A stretch of DNA of 64,000 bases from Bispira polyomma (taxonomy: Eukaryota): positions 62,930,001 to 62,994,000 of the forward strand of contig OZ287749.1 in NCBI GenBank assembly GCA_965649765.1, written 5' to 3'. Position numbers and translations under genes: made by a program. This document shows, one piece after another, positions 14,161-25,822 of the stretch. The notes below the pieces were generated by a model. The model was not told the DNA's origin. It saw only the letters and a program-made list of their open reading frames with translations, and did not search any database. Every line of letters starts with the position of its first letter. Positions within the stretch are counted from its first letter, which is position 1.

Positions 14161-15429
14161 TACACTATGATCTCTCCATGTTGAGTAGACAGAGTTATCT
14201 GCCTCCAAAACAGCTGTGTGTTTTTACTGATGTTACGGCTGTTAGAAACAGAGTGGGTCCCATTAGCAAAAATTAACAAATACAATAATGATATCATATA
14301 ATGTATCATCAGTAAAATGTTAGCATCCTGCGGTGGGACAGATACTCGGTCTACTTGTTGAGGTGCAGGTCATTCTGAATTGTGATGTGTATATTATATA
14401 ATGTGGAAAACTCACTGCTTTTTTGCATTTGTGCTAGCAATTGTACTTTTGTTTGTGATTTTAAAAACCTAATATCATATGCATTGGTATTTGCATTTTA
14501 TGTGAGTGTTTGTATGTGTGTTATTGATTACTGATTATGCAGTATTAAAAATGATAAAAAAGACTGCATAGACTGATAGACATATAGAAACATTACATAA
14601 GTCTGATGGCAATCGACTTGTGACATGTGCGTAGTTGCAAAAATTGTAGCTTTTTATAGCTTCATATAGCTTTTTTCCACAACAGAACACACAGTAGAAA
14701 ATTGCAACACATACCTCCATAATCACAATGAAGTTTGAACCTTATAGTTTATTTGTGACCCTTTCTTGCATCGCAATGTGGCTTTGGGCCTAAAACTGAG
14801 AAACTTGGCATTGCTAACTAAGCAAAGATTAAATGTTATTGGGTCTGGCCTTTTTTGAGCCAAAAGAAAGACTTTAACCTTTCTGAAGATATGGCAATGT
14901 TACTACATGAGAGGGCCATTTTTGTATGCAGCACATATTACTTCTATTCGGGCAAATTGCACACAATTCAGGTTATTGGCATTTATGTACATAAGGACCT
15001 GCTAACATTTTGTTACCATTTACAAGGCAGCTTTTTAACATAACATTAAAGGGTCTGTGAGAAAGAAAACCATACATGCAACTCTGTTTATGGTGATCAA
15101 TAGGAAAAACACCTCTCATAAGGTTGTTTAAGGTTACGCTGGTTTCTATCCAGTTTGACACATTGACGTAGCTTTGATGAGCTGCTTGCTTTTAAGCACA
15201 GAATATGTATTGTAGAAGTGGAAAGGTTAGCTGAAAATTTTTTTTATATCAGTAGAACCTCCATTATCTGAACTTCTGTTCTCTGAATATTTAATCTGAT
15301 GAACACACTGTCACTCTCTCAAATTTACATTTTAATATTGTTTTATACTAAAATGCCTTTTCTGCTTTTTGACCCTTCTGTTATCACAACAAAATCATGC
15401 TCTCCCAACATGTACCTGTCTATTTTCAC

Positions 15430-16015
15430 GTTAACCATGGTGGCAAATGCCCTAGTCAGCAGTCGGCTTGATTACTTCCTCCCTTTTTAGAGGTCTGGCC
15501 ACAACTGACCTTGATGTTTACTGACATTACCCCTTTTTTATAGAAACCCTCCACTGGCTGCCTATTGAATATGGGGCAATATTCAAAACTGCTACTTTAG
15601 TCTATAAATACCTCAATTCAGGTCTCCTTGATATGGTAGTCCTTAATTGTTTCTCTATACATGTCAACGCAATACAAGGTGTACTAAGCCCGATACGGCT
15701 TTCTTAAGTGTCCCTACCTTTGTACAATCCATTTATAAGTAAAAAAGCCATATGATGCTCCTTTCAGCTGTGGAATGATCTGCCTCATGATATTCACACT
15801 GCCTCCTCACCTGTTTTAGAAAGAAGCTCAAAACCTACCTTTAAGCAAGGCTTTTCCACCTTAGGATCCTTACCATTTTCCGTGTCTATATGGTCATGAC
15901 CCCTGTACATCCAATGGCTATGTGAAGTTATGAATATGATTGTTCTGTCTCTTACACCTTAGAATCGTCTAGCATGGAGATAAGCACTATAAAAGTCAGA
16001 TTAGATATTCAGATT
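15430..16015 (+). mobile_element. Degenerate L2-type LINE 3' end
   Basis: ANALVSSRLDY, LHWLPIEY, WNDLP and FRKKLKTYL remnants. Confidence 0.75.
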
Positions 16016-16144
16016 ATACAGCTTCTACTGTACTTATATAATTAGCATATAGGATTGCACTTACCATAAACATTGTTTTATCTCGGTGAAACACATTGGA
16101 ACACAACAGTAGGCAGTAGCAAAAATAACCAGAATTCATTCTAA

Positions 16145-16491
16145 TGGCCCATTCACATTGCAACGAATCTGAATATACAGATTCGTTGGTTGGTATAAAT
16201 TAATAGGAGCTTTTGCACTGCAACTTATGAGGATAATGATCTAGAAATTTGGTAGGGATCAAAATGTGCATGAACCTTTTTTTCTAATTATTACACGAAT
16301 TGTTGAGGGAGATAAATAAATGCATGTGGAAATTAAACAACACCAACTAAATATAAGAAAAAGTGATATGTGTGTGCCAGATTTGGCCAATATTTTGGCT
16401 GTGTATGTACTGCCAGTGTATAAAATTAGTTTTTCGCAAAAATGGCCAAATTCTTTGATAAATACTGATTCGTTGCAATGTGAATGGGCTA
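16145..16491. mobile_element. MITE with ~25-bp TIR, Harbinger-like
   Basis: T(G/A)GCCCATTCACATTGCAACGAATC inverted at both ends; flanks are TAA and TTA (not an exact direct TSD). Confidence 0.75.
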
Positions 16492-18451
16492 TTAATTGAT
16501 AGTTTATATGCCAAAAAAAGCCCCCAAAGTAAGTTGAGATGCATGTATATAATATAGCATTACCAATAGGTTTCAATGAAAGAGAGAGTTGTTATGTGTA
16601 GGTGGTAGTTGTACATAAAGTAAAAACAAACAGCCATGTGGGTTGCATTTATGTTTTTTGTTTTTTTTCAAAAGTTTGGAAGCACAATATGGTATATATA
16701 GTCATGATCAGACTATGCAGTAGATCTGTTAATAATCTCAATTGACTTTTGTATTACCAGGGTACTCTATCTAATGCTTTTCATTTCCTATCAGTCAGTA
16801 ATATATACAGATCAATGTACAGACTTTTTAATGTCTGACTTCAAATAGTATCAGCCTAGTTTGCATTCTGTATCACAGACAACAAAAAAAATCTTTCCCC
16901 ATTACCACATCAGGTTTAATGGAAGCACAGTATCTCTTATTCAAAACTATAGTGGGAAGTTTCTGGATAAAAATTATTTCTAATTTTTTTTTGTTCAGGA
17001 AATAGAAATCCATCAATTTAGAAGCTGTTCAACCTAATTTTTGTTAGAAACATATATAAAAACGGATGTTTTGTCTTAATTATAACACTTTTTAGTGCTT
17101 ATTTGTGATTAACGTATATTAAATTCCAAGGCACTGACCACAATGTCACAAGTAACCTATAACTATATGTTGAAGATTACAATAAAGACATTACTGTTTG
17201 CTGAGACTTTTTTTTAGCTATTTTCGGTAATGTGTTTGATTAATGATTTTTAATTCATGGAAAATATGGTTCATTTAAAGTTCTCTTCAAAAGAAAAAAA
17301 AGATGATAGTTTTTTAAAAAGATTACAACAATGATAAGTATGGCTTGTAACAGTACTTGTGTATGTGGTTATCAGGCATATGTAATTATGTACATGTACA
17401 AAAGGGTCTTTCAATCAAATGGCTCTGATTTGAGGACTTTTTGTTGTTGCATATGATTAAAAAGCATTACCACTGATCACTTTTGGTGGTCAATGTTGAA
17501 GTCTATCCTCTATAAATTTGCATATATTAATCGATGTGTCATTCTTGAAAAACGTGACTGAAATATAAAATACATTCACACAAGTTTAGTTTATCTCGCC
17601 TAATTACAACATCATGTGGACAGCAATTAAGTGTTTGGTACTTTGCATCTTTATTGTACATCATATGTTGTGTGCACTTGGTAGTGCAAGAGTTAATTAT
17701 ATATACAGGGTTTGTCATTTAAGTGGCTCGTCCTAAATTACAAATTATAGACATACAGCAACAGTTTTTCTTTACAAGTCTTTGTTTTGCTATTAACAGG
17801 TTCTAACTTTACCCTGTAATAGTCACCCTGTCTACTTTTAATTGGGGATATGTAATATAATATTTGTTGCGAAATACATCGGCAAAGCAAAAATTTCTAC
17901 TCTTTGAGAACTTTTTCACAAAACCAAATTCATATAAAGTATCAATTTACCACAAAATGTAGTGTGTATCATAGAAATGTTGTCATAATTTGAATATACA
18001 CCAATATGTGGATTTTAAGTATAGGTTGGAGTTTGTGTTAGTGATCTCAGCCATTATTCTCAATTTTCAAAGAGTGATCAATAATGTGGACCCTAACCTA
18101 TACAGAGTAAAAATTGTAAAAGGTGTAATTTAAATGTTGTCAATTCCAAAACTATGATTAAATATACACATATGGATATACTTCTGAGACTCCTAAAAAA
18201 TTCTGAGTCAACAGATCCCAGAAAAAGTATAACTTGTGGTCTTTCATCCAATAAAGACACATATTTATACATGTATAGATATATCTTATACCCTATTCCT
18301 TTTGTGATTCTTTTTAAAAGATGCAAGTAAATATAGACTCTTTAAAAGTAGAGTACACTTTCAACATTCGGATAAAATCCCCAGGTGTAATTTAAGATGA
18401 TGTCATCATTTTTAAAAATAAGGGTGAATAAATACTTTCTAATACTTCTAG

Positions 18452-18610
18452 GTGACAGATCCCGGGGAAAGTATTGCTAACGGTCTGTCAGCCAATGAAA
18501 ACACAGAAAATGCACCTGAGAAACCTGAGAAAGCAGTGAGTTTTGGGACAAGTTCAGAGACACCCAGATTATCAGATTTTATACCCCCATATGAGGCAGA
18601 CAAGATTCAG
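18452..18610 (+). CDS. Gene 1 coding exon 2 (VTDPGESIANG...YEADKIQ), low complexity
   Basis: Acceptor tacttctAG|G; donor CAG|GTAAAT; 53 open codons, phase 0/0. Confidence 0.8.
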
Positions 18611-19349
18611 GTAAATACAATATTATATACAAGAGCATTCAGTGGGAGATTGCGAACCTCTTGGGTAGCATTAGTCTTAGCAAAATTGTTGGTGTTTAGT
18701 TTTGATTACAGCAAATTCTAAGTTGTAAATTGTACATGTATTAAATCTAATAACAATCACATTAGCATTTCGATCCGCTTTTTATACTAGATGTATTTCC
18801 AAACTATGTTTTTGTACTTCCATAAATACTGTCAGGTGATATTTACAATTAGCTTTTTTTTGTATGCTTTGTTCTATCTGTAAAACCTCAAAGTCTGTTT
18901 AAGTAATAAAGGTTCAACTTTTGTACTTTTCTCATATCTTTTTAATTGTTGGTTGGGATACCTCTATTGAGGAGAGGGCTAATCAGTAGGAATTATAGTC
19001 ATGCAGAATCATACATGAATAGAATGAACCTACTGGTATATACTACTATAAGCCTTTTCTTTTTTATGTACTTGCAAAGCATATTTTTCTGTAATTCCAC
19101 TAAATACTATACACAAAGTTTTCAGCTATATTTAGTGTTAGCATTTCCTGCATGTTTTATACACAATTAAAATTTTTCATTTTCTGAATGTACTTTTACC
19201 TCCTCAAAACGCTTAAAATCTGCAATAGGTAAAAGAGGTTAAACATTTTACTTTTCTTGATTACGATACCAAAACAAAAAAACTCTCTAAATCTGTCATA
19301 GTAATAGAGATTATAGATTTTACTTTATTATTTCTTTTAAATTAATCAG

Positions 19350-20430
19350 GATACCTCTATTGAGAAGACTAGTCATTCAGAACCCTCGTCATCCAACACA
19401 ACAGCCACTGAGGATACAGATGTGGGTCAGGTGGTACTCCACATTGATGAATCTTCCATCAAGACCCCAGACAGAGGATGCATGGGAGCAGCCAGCTCTC
19501 CTCCACCACCCCTGCCTGAAAAACATGGCGGCATAGGCAGTTCTCCATCCTTGCCAGCCAAACATGGTGGAGCTGCTCCTCCTCCGCCCCTACCAAAAAA
19601 GCATGGATATGTTACGCTTTCTTCGTCGTACAACACGGGACTGCCACCACCACTACCCGAAAAGCAGAACAAACTCTCACCTTTGTTATCACGTAAGGAG
19701 CCCATACCACCACCTGAAGAGATTCCCACTGTCTCACCTGCTGTAGCAGGGAAGAAGCAGGAGCCAGCTATTAAAGCTCCAGAAGAAGAGGCTATACCAG
19801 ATCCACATACCATTATAGAAAACGTCAGGCATAAAGCGAAAGATGGCGGATTTGCTGAGTTACAAATCTCACAAAAGAATAAGCCCGTCCCAGAGAACCC
19901 CACAAAGGTGTCCATTCAACAGAATAGGGAGGTACCTCCGCTAAAAAGTCCCATCAGTCTAACCAAGACAGATGCCAATCAGAACGATTCCATGGCCATA
20001 CTTGGCGCATTAAAAATGATCAGAAATAGCAGTAGTGGAGTTTCAGAGATTGAAGACAAAGAAGAAGTAAGGCAGACAAGTACAAAAGAAGTGACAACAT
20101 CAGTCACTGGAACAAAGCAGAAGTATGAGAAAATTGTAGAAACCAAGATCTCGCAGGAATCCGGTGAAAAAGTAACGTCAACAAAGACAACAACAGTAGA
20201 AAAAATAGTGACACAGATGAGCTCTAGTGGTGAAGGATCCAAGATACCCGTCTCACCCATCAGGAAAGAATTATCACTGAAAGAAGAATCGAGCAAGAAG
20301 TCTCCAACACTGCAAGAGGGTACAGGGGGATCATTAAAGCTGCAGACTACAGCGGTGGCTCCCCTGGTCAATGGTGGTGGTACTACAGAATCAAAGAAAG
20401 GGCAGGACAGTGACCAAAAAGTAGTAGAAG
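19350..20430 (+). CDS. Gene 1 coding exon 3: Pro-rich then Ser/Thr/Glu/Lys-rich, probably disordered linker
   Basis: Acceptor attaatcAG|G is in frame with ORF 19422..20444; donor GAAG|GTACGT (phase 1); motifs PPPPLPEKH, PSLPAKH, PPPPLPKKH, PPPLPEKQ. Confidence 0.85.
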
Positions 20431-22533
20431 GTACGTACAGGTAAAAATGCTAGCCAGGAGTTATTCCTTTTTACCATGCTTTTTTTCAATATTGATAATA
20501 TTTTAGATGCAGTAGAACCTCTATTATCTAAATATATTGGGAGAGCAATATTTTGTTCGGATACTGGATGATTCATCAACCAGAGGGACCATTTTAAATT
20601 AATGCAATAGGAAAATATAAATTCTGGCTAGTTGATTTGTGATCATATATATGTAATGGGAAATTTGGATTATTAATCTGTTTTTTTTTCATGGCACAGT
20701 GTGTTGTTAATAAAACTGTAATGAAAGCAGCTACATCTTGTACAGATTATTCTATTAACAGATGCTATTTCAACAGGTGTTAAAATACAGAGGCATCAGA
20801 TGTTGTATGTAAAGTAATTACCAGTAAAACAGTTGGACCCAGTATTCTGAAAAAAAGCTCCAAGCTCAAACTGAGATTTCAACTAAAATGAAGGTTATGT
20901 TAACAATTTCCTATACATGTAACCATTCATTGGAAGAAGACCTTTCAGTGGTAAATTTAAATATTTTACCTAACTTTACGATCGACTGAGATAGTAAAAC
21001 CTAAAAGTTGAGCTTGAGTCTGACCCTATCTAGAGAATTTTACAGAAGTATTAACTATGGCCTGTAGAAGCTGTTTTACAGTTGTGTGACCGAGGTTCTT
21101 TTTTAATGTACTATAGACTGCCTGTAATATGCCACTTATACAGTAGAATCTTTATTATGCAAACATATTGAGAGTGCAAAATTATGTCTGGATAATAGAA
21201 GGTTTATAAAATAGTTGAGATATATTTGTATAGAACTATGGGAAAACATAAATTTTTGAGTATGGAAATGAGATTATAAAATATAACATTGGGATACTAT
21301 CTTAGTGCAAGTTCAGATAATAGGAGGTTTTACTGTAAGTTTGACACGTTATGAAACACAAACTTAAAAAACCATAAAGCACAGAAATCAGGTCCTAAGT
21401 TTGGGTAAATGTGGGTTAAAATGCTGGAAAGGATGTTATTATTTGTTAAGCCATTTGATATATTGATCATTTTAATGTATGTAAGGTTTTAAGAGTGGCA
21501 AATGCTAGCTTAGTGACACAAGTGTTTCAAGCACGAGCTAAAGAGTAAAATTATTGTGTGCATGACTTGCTGCTTCATCAAAAATTTCTTTGTATGCCAA
21601 CATCTATGTAGATGTATTTTTTTGGGCTTTTATTCAACATGTGTTTCTAATCTTGATCAGATCTTTCTACTAGGACTACATCTTCTGTTTCACATAAAAG
21701 AAAGAAATCAACTTAACAGGATTCTACTTTTACTGCATAATATATTAAAATTGGTAAAATGCTACTGTGCTAAAAGTTTAGACAAAATTGTTGAAATATG
21801 TAGCTGCTAAAAAATAGCTAGCTCGATAAAATTCAAATGTGATTAAAATACAGATTATAAACAAATTTATTGTCAGACTAAGTCATTGCATCTTAAACAA
21901 ATCAACTGACACTGTGTAATTTTTTTGTTAAAAAAAAATAGCATTTGTGTCACAAGACCTTTTAAAGTAAAAAAAAGTTAAGTAAAAACAAATAATGTAA
22001 CTGGCCGATTTTTTTTTTTACTGTGTAATAAGATAATAATATAATCACATTACATTGGTAATTCTTTACATCTGACACACTTTGACAATACATGAGTCAG
22101 AAATCACAAGATGTCTTAAAAATTAAAAATTGACTGATTTTTCATACAAAATGTCTTCTTAGAAGTACATATAAATAAAATCCTTTTGGGTGAGTACTTT
22201 TGAGAGGATCGATTGTCCCATCTGTATTTTTATGAGGCTGACACATGGGTACTTGCTTTAGATTGTTGTTGCTGCTGACTACACATCTCTATAATTACAG
22301 TAGAACCTCTGATCGGAACTTTTGTTATCTGAATAATCAATAATATTATGTCATTTTCACTCTCAAAAAATTATTTTTCCTTTTATAAATTTTTATTAGA
22401 CATGTGTACTACAATATCTTTTCTATCCTCTATTATCCAACCAAATCTTGCTCTCTTTACTTGTTTGGATAAAAAAGGTTCTATTGTCACTGTAAAGTGA
22501 GGGGAAATATCTTTGGAACCCTTTGTACGCTTG

Positions 22534-23365
22534 AGCTCATTGCAGACCGAATCCGGCATGACGCAACACAGCAAAAAAAAAGAAACCTAATAAAATAACC
22601 AGCCATTGTACAGTAAAGCCGACGCGACACGGCGCAACACGACCCGTTTTTTTTTAAATAGAAATTTCTCTATTTTTTGTCATGTCGCGCCTGAGTCATT
22701 CACGGAAATGCTGAAGAAATCATTTAATCATATTTTTTTTATACTGGCTAGTCATTGCCTTATTAAAATAATTTCAATTACTGACAATTGTTACCCAACT
22801 TTTAACTCAAATTTTCACTCCTCAATTGTTAAGTTGCCATTTCTGGAGGGAGGGTTTGAATTTTTAATTCCTAATTGCATTACTTACCTAATTTTCATTA
22901 ATATGGACAGATAGTAATTAAACTTACAATTACACAATGCAAGTAATGACGCTGTAAGAGAAGGGGAGTCTTAAATAGCCAAGATTATTGGTCAATTGCA
23001 ATGTAAAAACTTCAGCAGGGATAAAAATTGTTGACACAGGCCCACACCATAAACCTAACTTTCCCAGTTGAGTGCAATCAATTGCAATTAATAATGACAT
23101 CTCTACTAACTCTGGAAATCACCTTAGTCTTAGTTTAAATATAAATTGGTATTTAAGTATGTGGTTATAAAAGCCATAACAATATTTAAACTTGATTGGA
23201 GTTTAAATAAATATTGATAGTGTTGTGTGTGTGAGTATTTCAATATTTGTTTCTAGATTATTGCTGTTTACTGTCGCTTTTGGTGTGCAAGCAAGGTATA
23301 ATTGGTGTAGTGTCTCATCGACAAGGGCCGTGTCGCGTCGCGCCAGTGTCAGTCTGCAATGGGCT
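22534..23365. mobile_element. MITE, Harbinger-like
   Basis: AGC(T/C)CATTGCAGAC TIR with subterminal GACGCGACACGGC repeats; flanks TTG and TTA. Confidence 0.65.
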
Positions 23366-23454
23366 TTACTTTTAACACTCAGTTGTGTTTGACCATTTTC
23401 TTATATTTTCTGTACACATTATACCTCTTGGCATATGTCTATTCAGACATAGGT

Positions 23455-25028
23455 TATTATTAAGCGTCCCGTAAGGGCGCTTGTTTGTATATAGGAGGTA
23501 AATTTACGCATTTTCGGTCATAAGACTTATTTGATTGGTCGAAATGTAATGACACTATATTGAAAATTTGCCCAAGGTCTACTGGATACATGTGCCAAAT
23601 TTGAAAAGAATCCATCCAGTGGTTGCTGAGTTACAGCCAATTGAAAATGCGTGACTAAAAAAATTTCCCTTGATTTGTATACAGGAGACAATTCACACGG
23701 AAGGGGCCGCCGGCTCCGCCGGCTCCCGCCTTTTCTATTGGCTATAGCTCAGCAACCACTGGGCGGATTCTCTTCAAATTTGGCACATGTATGCAGTAGC
23801 CCTGGGAAAAAATTTTGATTATAGTGTCATTACATTTCGGCCAATCAGAAGTCACATGACACAAAACACGTTTTTTAAAGGGGTGTGCTTGTCCGGATGA
23901 TAACTTAAAAAGCGCCGTACCTATTCTCACGAAATTTGACAAGTAGGTTTGATAAGTTATCCGATACAAAATAGCTGACTTATTAACGATTAATTAAACG
24001 TTACGATTTTTTGAAACAAAGAAAATAAAAAATCCTTAATATCTCGGAAACAGTGTGGCATAGAGTGATTTCGGCTGAATTTTGGGCCCACAGATTAAAA
24101 AATTCTTTTAAAAATGTTAAAATTTTGCAAAAGTTCTCAATCTCAATTTTTTTTAAATTTTGCAAAAATCTTTACTCTCAACAAAGAAAATAGAAAATCC
24201 TTAATATCTCGGAAACGGTGCAAGATAGAGCGATTTCGGCTGAATTTTGGACCCAGAGGGCATACTCAGTGTATAACATTTTTTTAAAAATGTAAAAAAT
24301 TTTTTTTTTTTGCAAAAAGTCCTCCATCTTAACACAAAATCCTTAATATCTCGGAAACGGTGAGAGATAGAGTGATTTCGGCTGGATTTTGGGCCCACAA
24401 GGTATAAATTTTTTAAAAAATGTTAAAATTTTAAAAATTTTGCAAAAGTCCTTAATCTCAACAAAGGAAATGAAAATTCCTTAATGTCTCAGAAACGGTG
24501 AGAGATAGAGTCATTTTGGCTGAATTTTGGGCCCAAAGGGTATAACATTTTTTTAAAAATGTAAAAATTTTTTTTTTTACAAAAAGTCCTCCATCTTAAC
24601 AAAAAATCCTTAATATCTCGTAAACGGTGAGAGATAGAGTGATTTCGGCTGGATTTTGGGACCACAAGGTATAAAATTTTTAAAAAATGTTAAAATTTTA
24701 AAAATTTTGCAAAAGACCTCAATCTCAACAAAGAAATGAAAAATCCTTAATATCTCAGAAACGGTGAGAAATTTTGACATTTTCAAATGTTTTTTTTTAA
24801 AAAAAAAAATGAAATTTTCAAAAAAGGGGGGGGGAATATATTTTTTTTAAATTTAAAAAAAAATCGCTCTCACCCCATTTTTGGCCGCCAACTTGAATTT
24901 CTGCGTTTATCTCAGAAACGGTGCCAGATAGAGCAATTTCGGCAGAATTTTGGGCTCGGAGGGTATATGCAGAAAATTGCTCAATGTCTTATTGGGACGC
25001 TTTGTTTTTGCAAAAACAGTTTCCTTTC
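23455..25028 (+). mobile_element. Helentron-associated non-autonomous element (HINE/DINE-1-like) with internal tandem array
   Basis: 5' subTIR AAGCGTCCC (23462) with adjacent partner GGGCGCTT; 3' subTIR GGGACGCTT (24994) followed by the palindrome TGTTTTTGCAAAAACA (25003-25018); array of ~130-165-bp units at 24030-24780. Confidence 0.75.
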
Positions 25029-25251
25029 ATTTGCAAAGCAGTACTCTAGTTAAATTATCTAAGTTTGTTGTGTATTATCTATTGAACTGTTTTAGATTCA
25101 AAAGAATCATTCAGTTTAGGGTGAGATCTTAATTGTAAACATTTTAGTCATTCACTGTATTCATTTAGTGGGGAAGCCTTTTTTTAGATCATATCTCAGA
25201 ACTTTGAATTTTAAAAAAAAGATAAATGTGTTCTAATATGCGTCTCAGTAC

Positions 25252-25314
25252 ATAACGTGATCCTATTTTGTGGTACAGAATAATAACGTGATCCTATTTT
25301 GTGGTACAGAATAA
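25252..25314 (+). repeat. 31-bp tandem duplication just upstream of the exon 4 acceptor
   Basis: ATAACGTGATCCTATTTTGTGGTACAGAATA x2. Confidence 0.9.
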
Positions 25315-25350
25315 TAAAAATTTGAATATTTCAGTTGTTTTTTTTTTCAG

Positions 25351-25406
25351 ATGTGTTAAACAAATCCAAAGAAACAAGTGCCATTACAAATGGAAGTAAA
25401 GTTGAA
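25351..25406 (+). CDS. Gene 1 coding exon 4 (56 nt; DVLNKSKETSAITNGSKVE)
   Basis: Strong poly-T cAG acceptor and GAA|GTAAGT donor; converts phase 1 to phase 0 exactly as needed to join exons 3 and 5. Not in the ORF track. Confidence 0.8.
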
Positions 25407-25822
25407 GTAAGTTTAGTGCTCTTACTTAAATATTTCTTCAATTAACATTTTGGGCCCTTTACACATAACAAACCATTATCTGTAAATCTTAGGTCATCTA
25501 TGGCAAGTGTATTCCTCACAAATATAGCAAACTTTCTAACATTTACTTGATCTTAAAGAACTTACTTGAATTAAAGAAAATGTGTAACGATTCTAGAAAT
25601 CACTGGACAGGGAGCGCCCATTTTGGCGTATGAATACATAATGCTAAACATAAAGAATAACACAAAACCCTTATACCGCTAAACCTGAAGGATAACACAA
25701 AACCCTCATACCGTGATAGTAGGAAGAAATGTGTCCTCAAAAAAACAAAATTTACAGTTACGTCTCTACTTGTGCTATAGTTTTTATAGTTTTATTAAAT
25801 GTGCTCTTTAAATGTGCTTTAG

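Noticed and set aside
19427-20371. Minus-strand ORFs of 162 and 130 aa
   Set aside because: Antisense to gene 1 exon 3, which has splice sites and phase support on the + strand.
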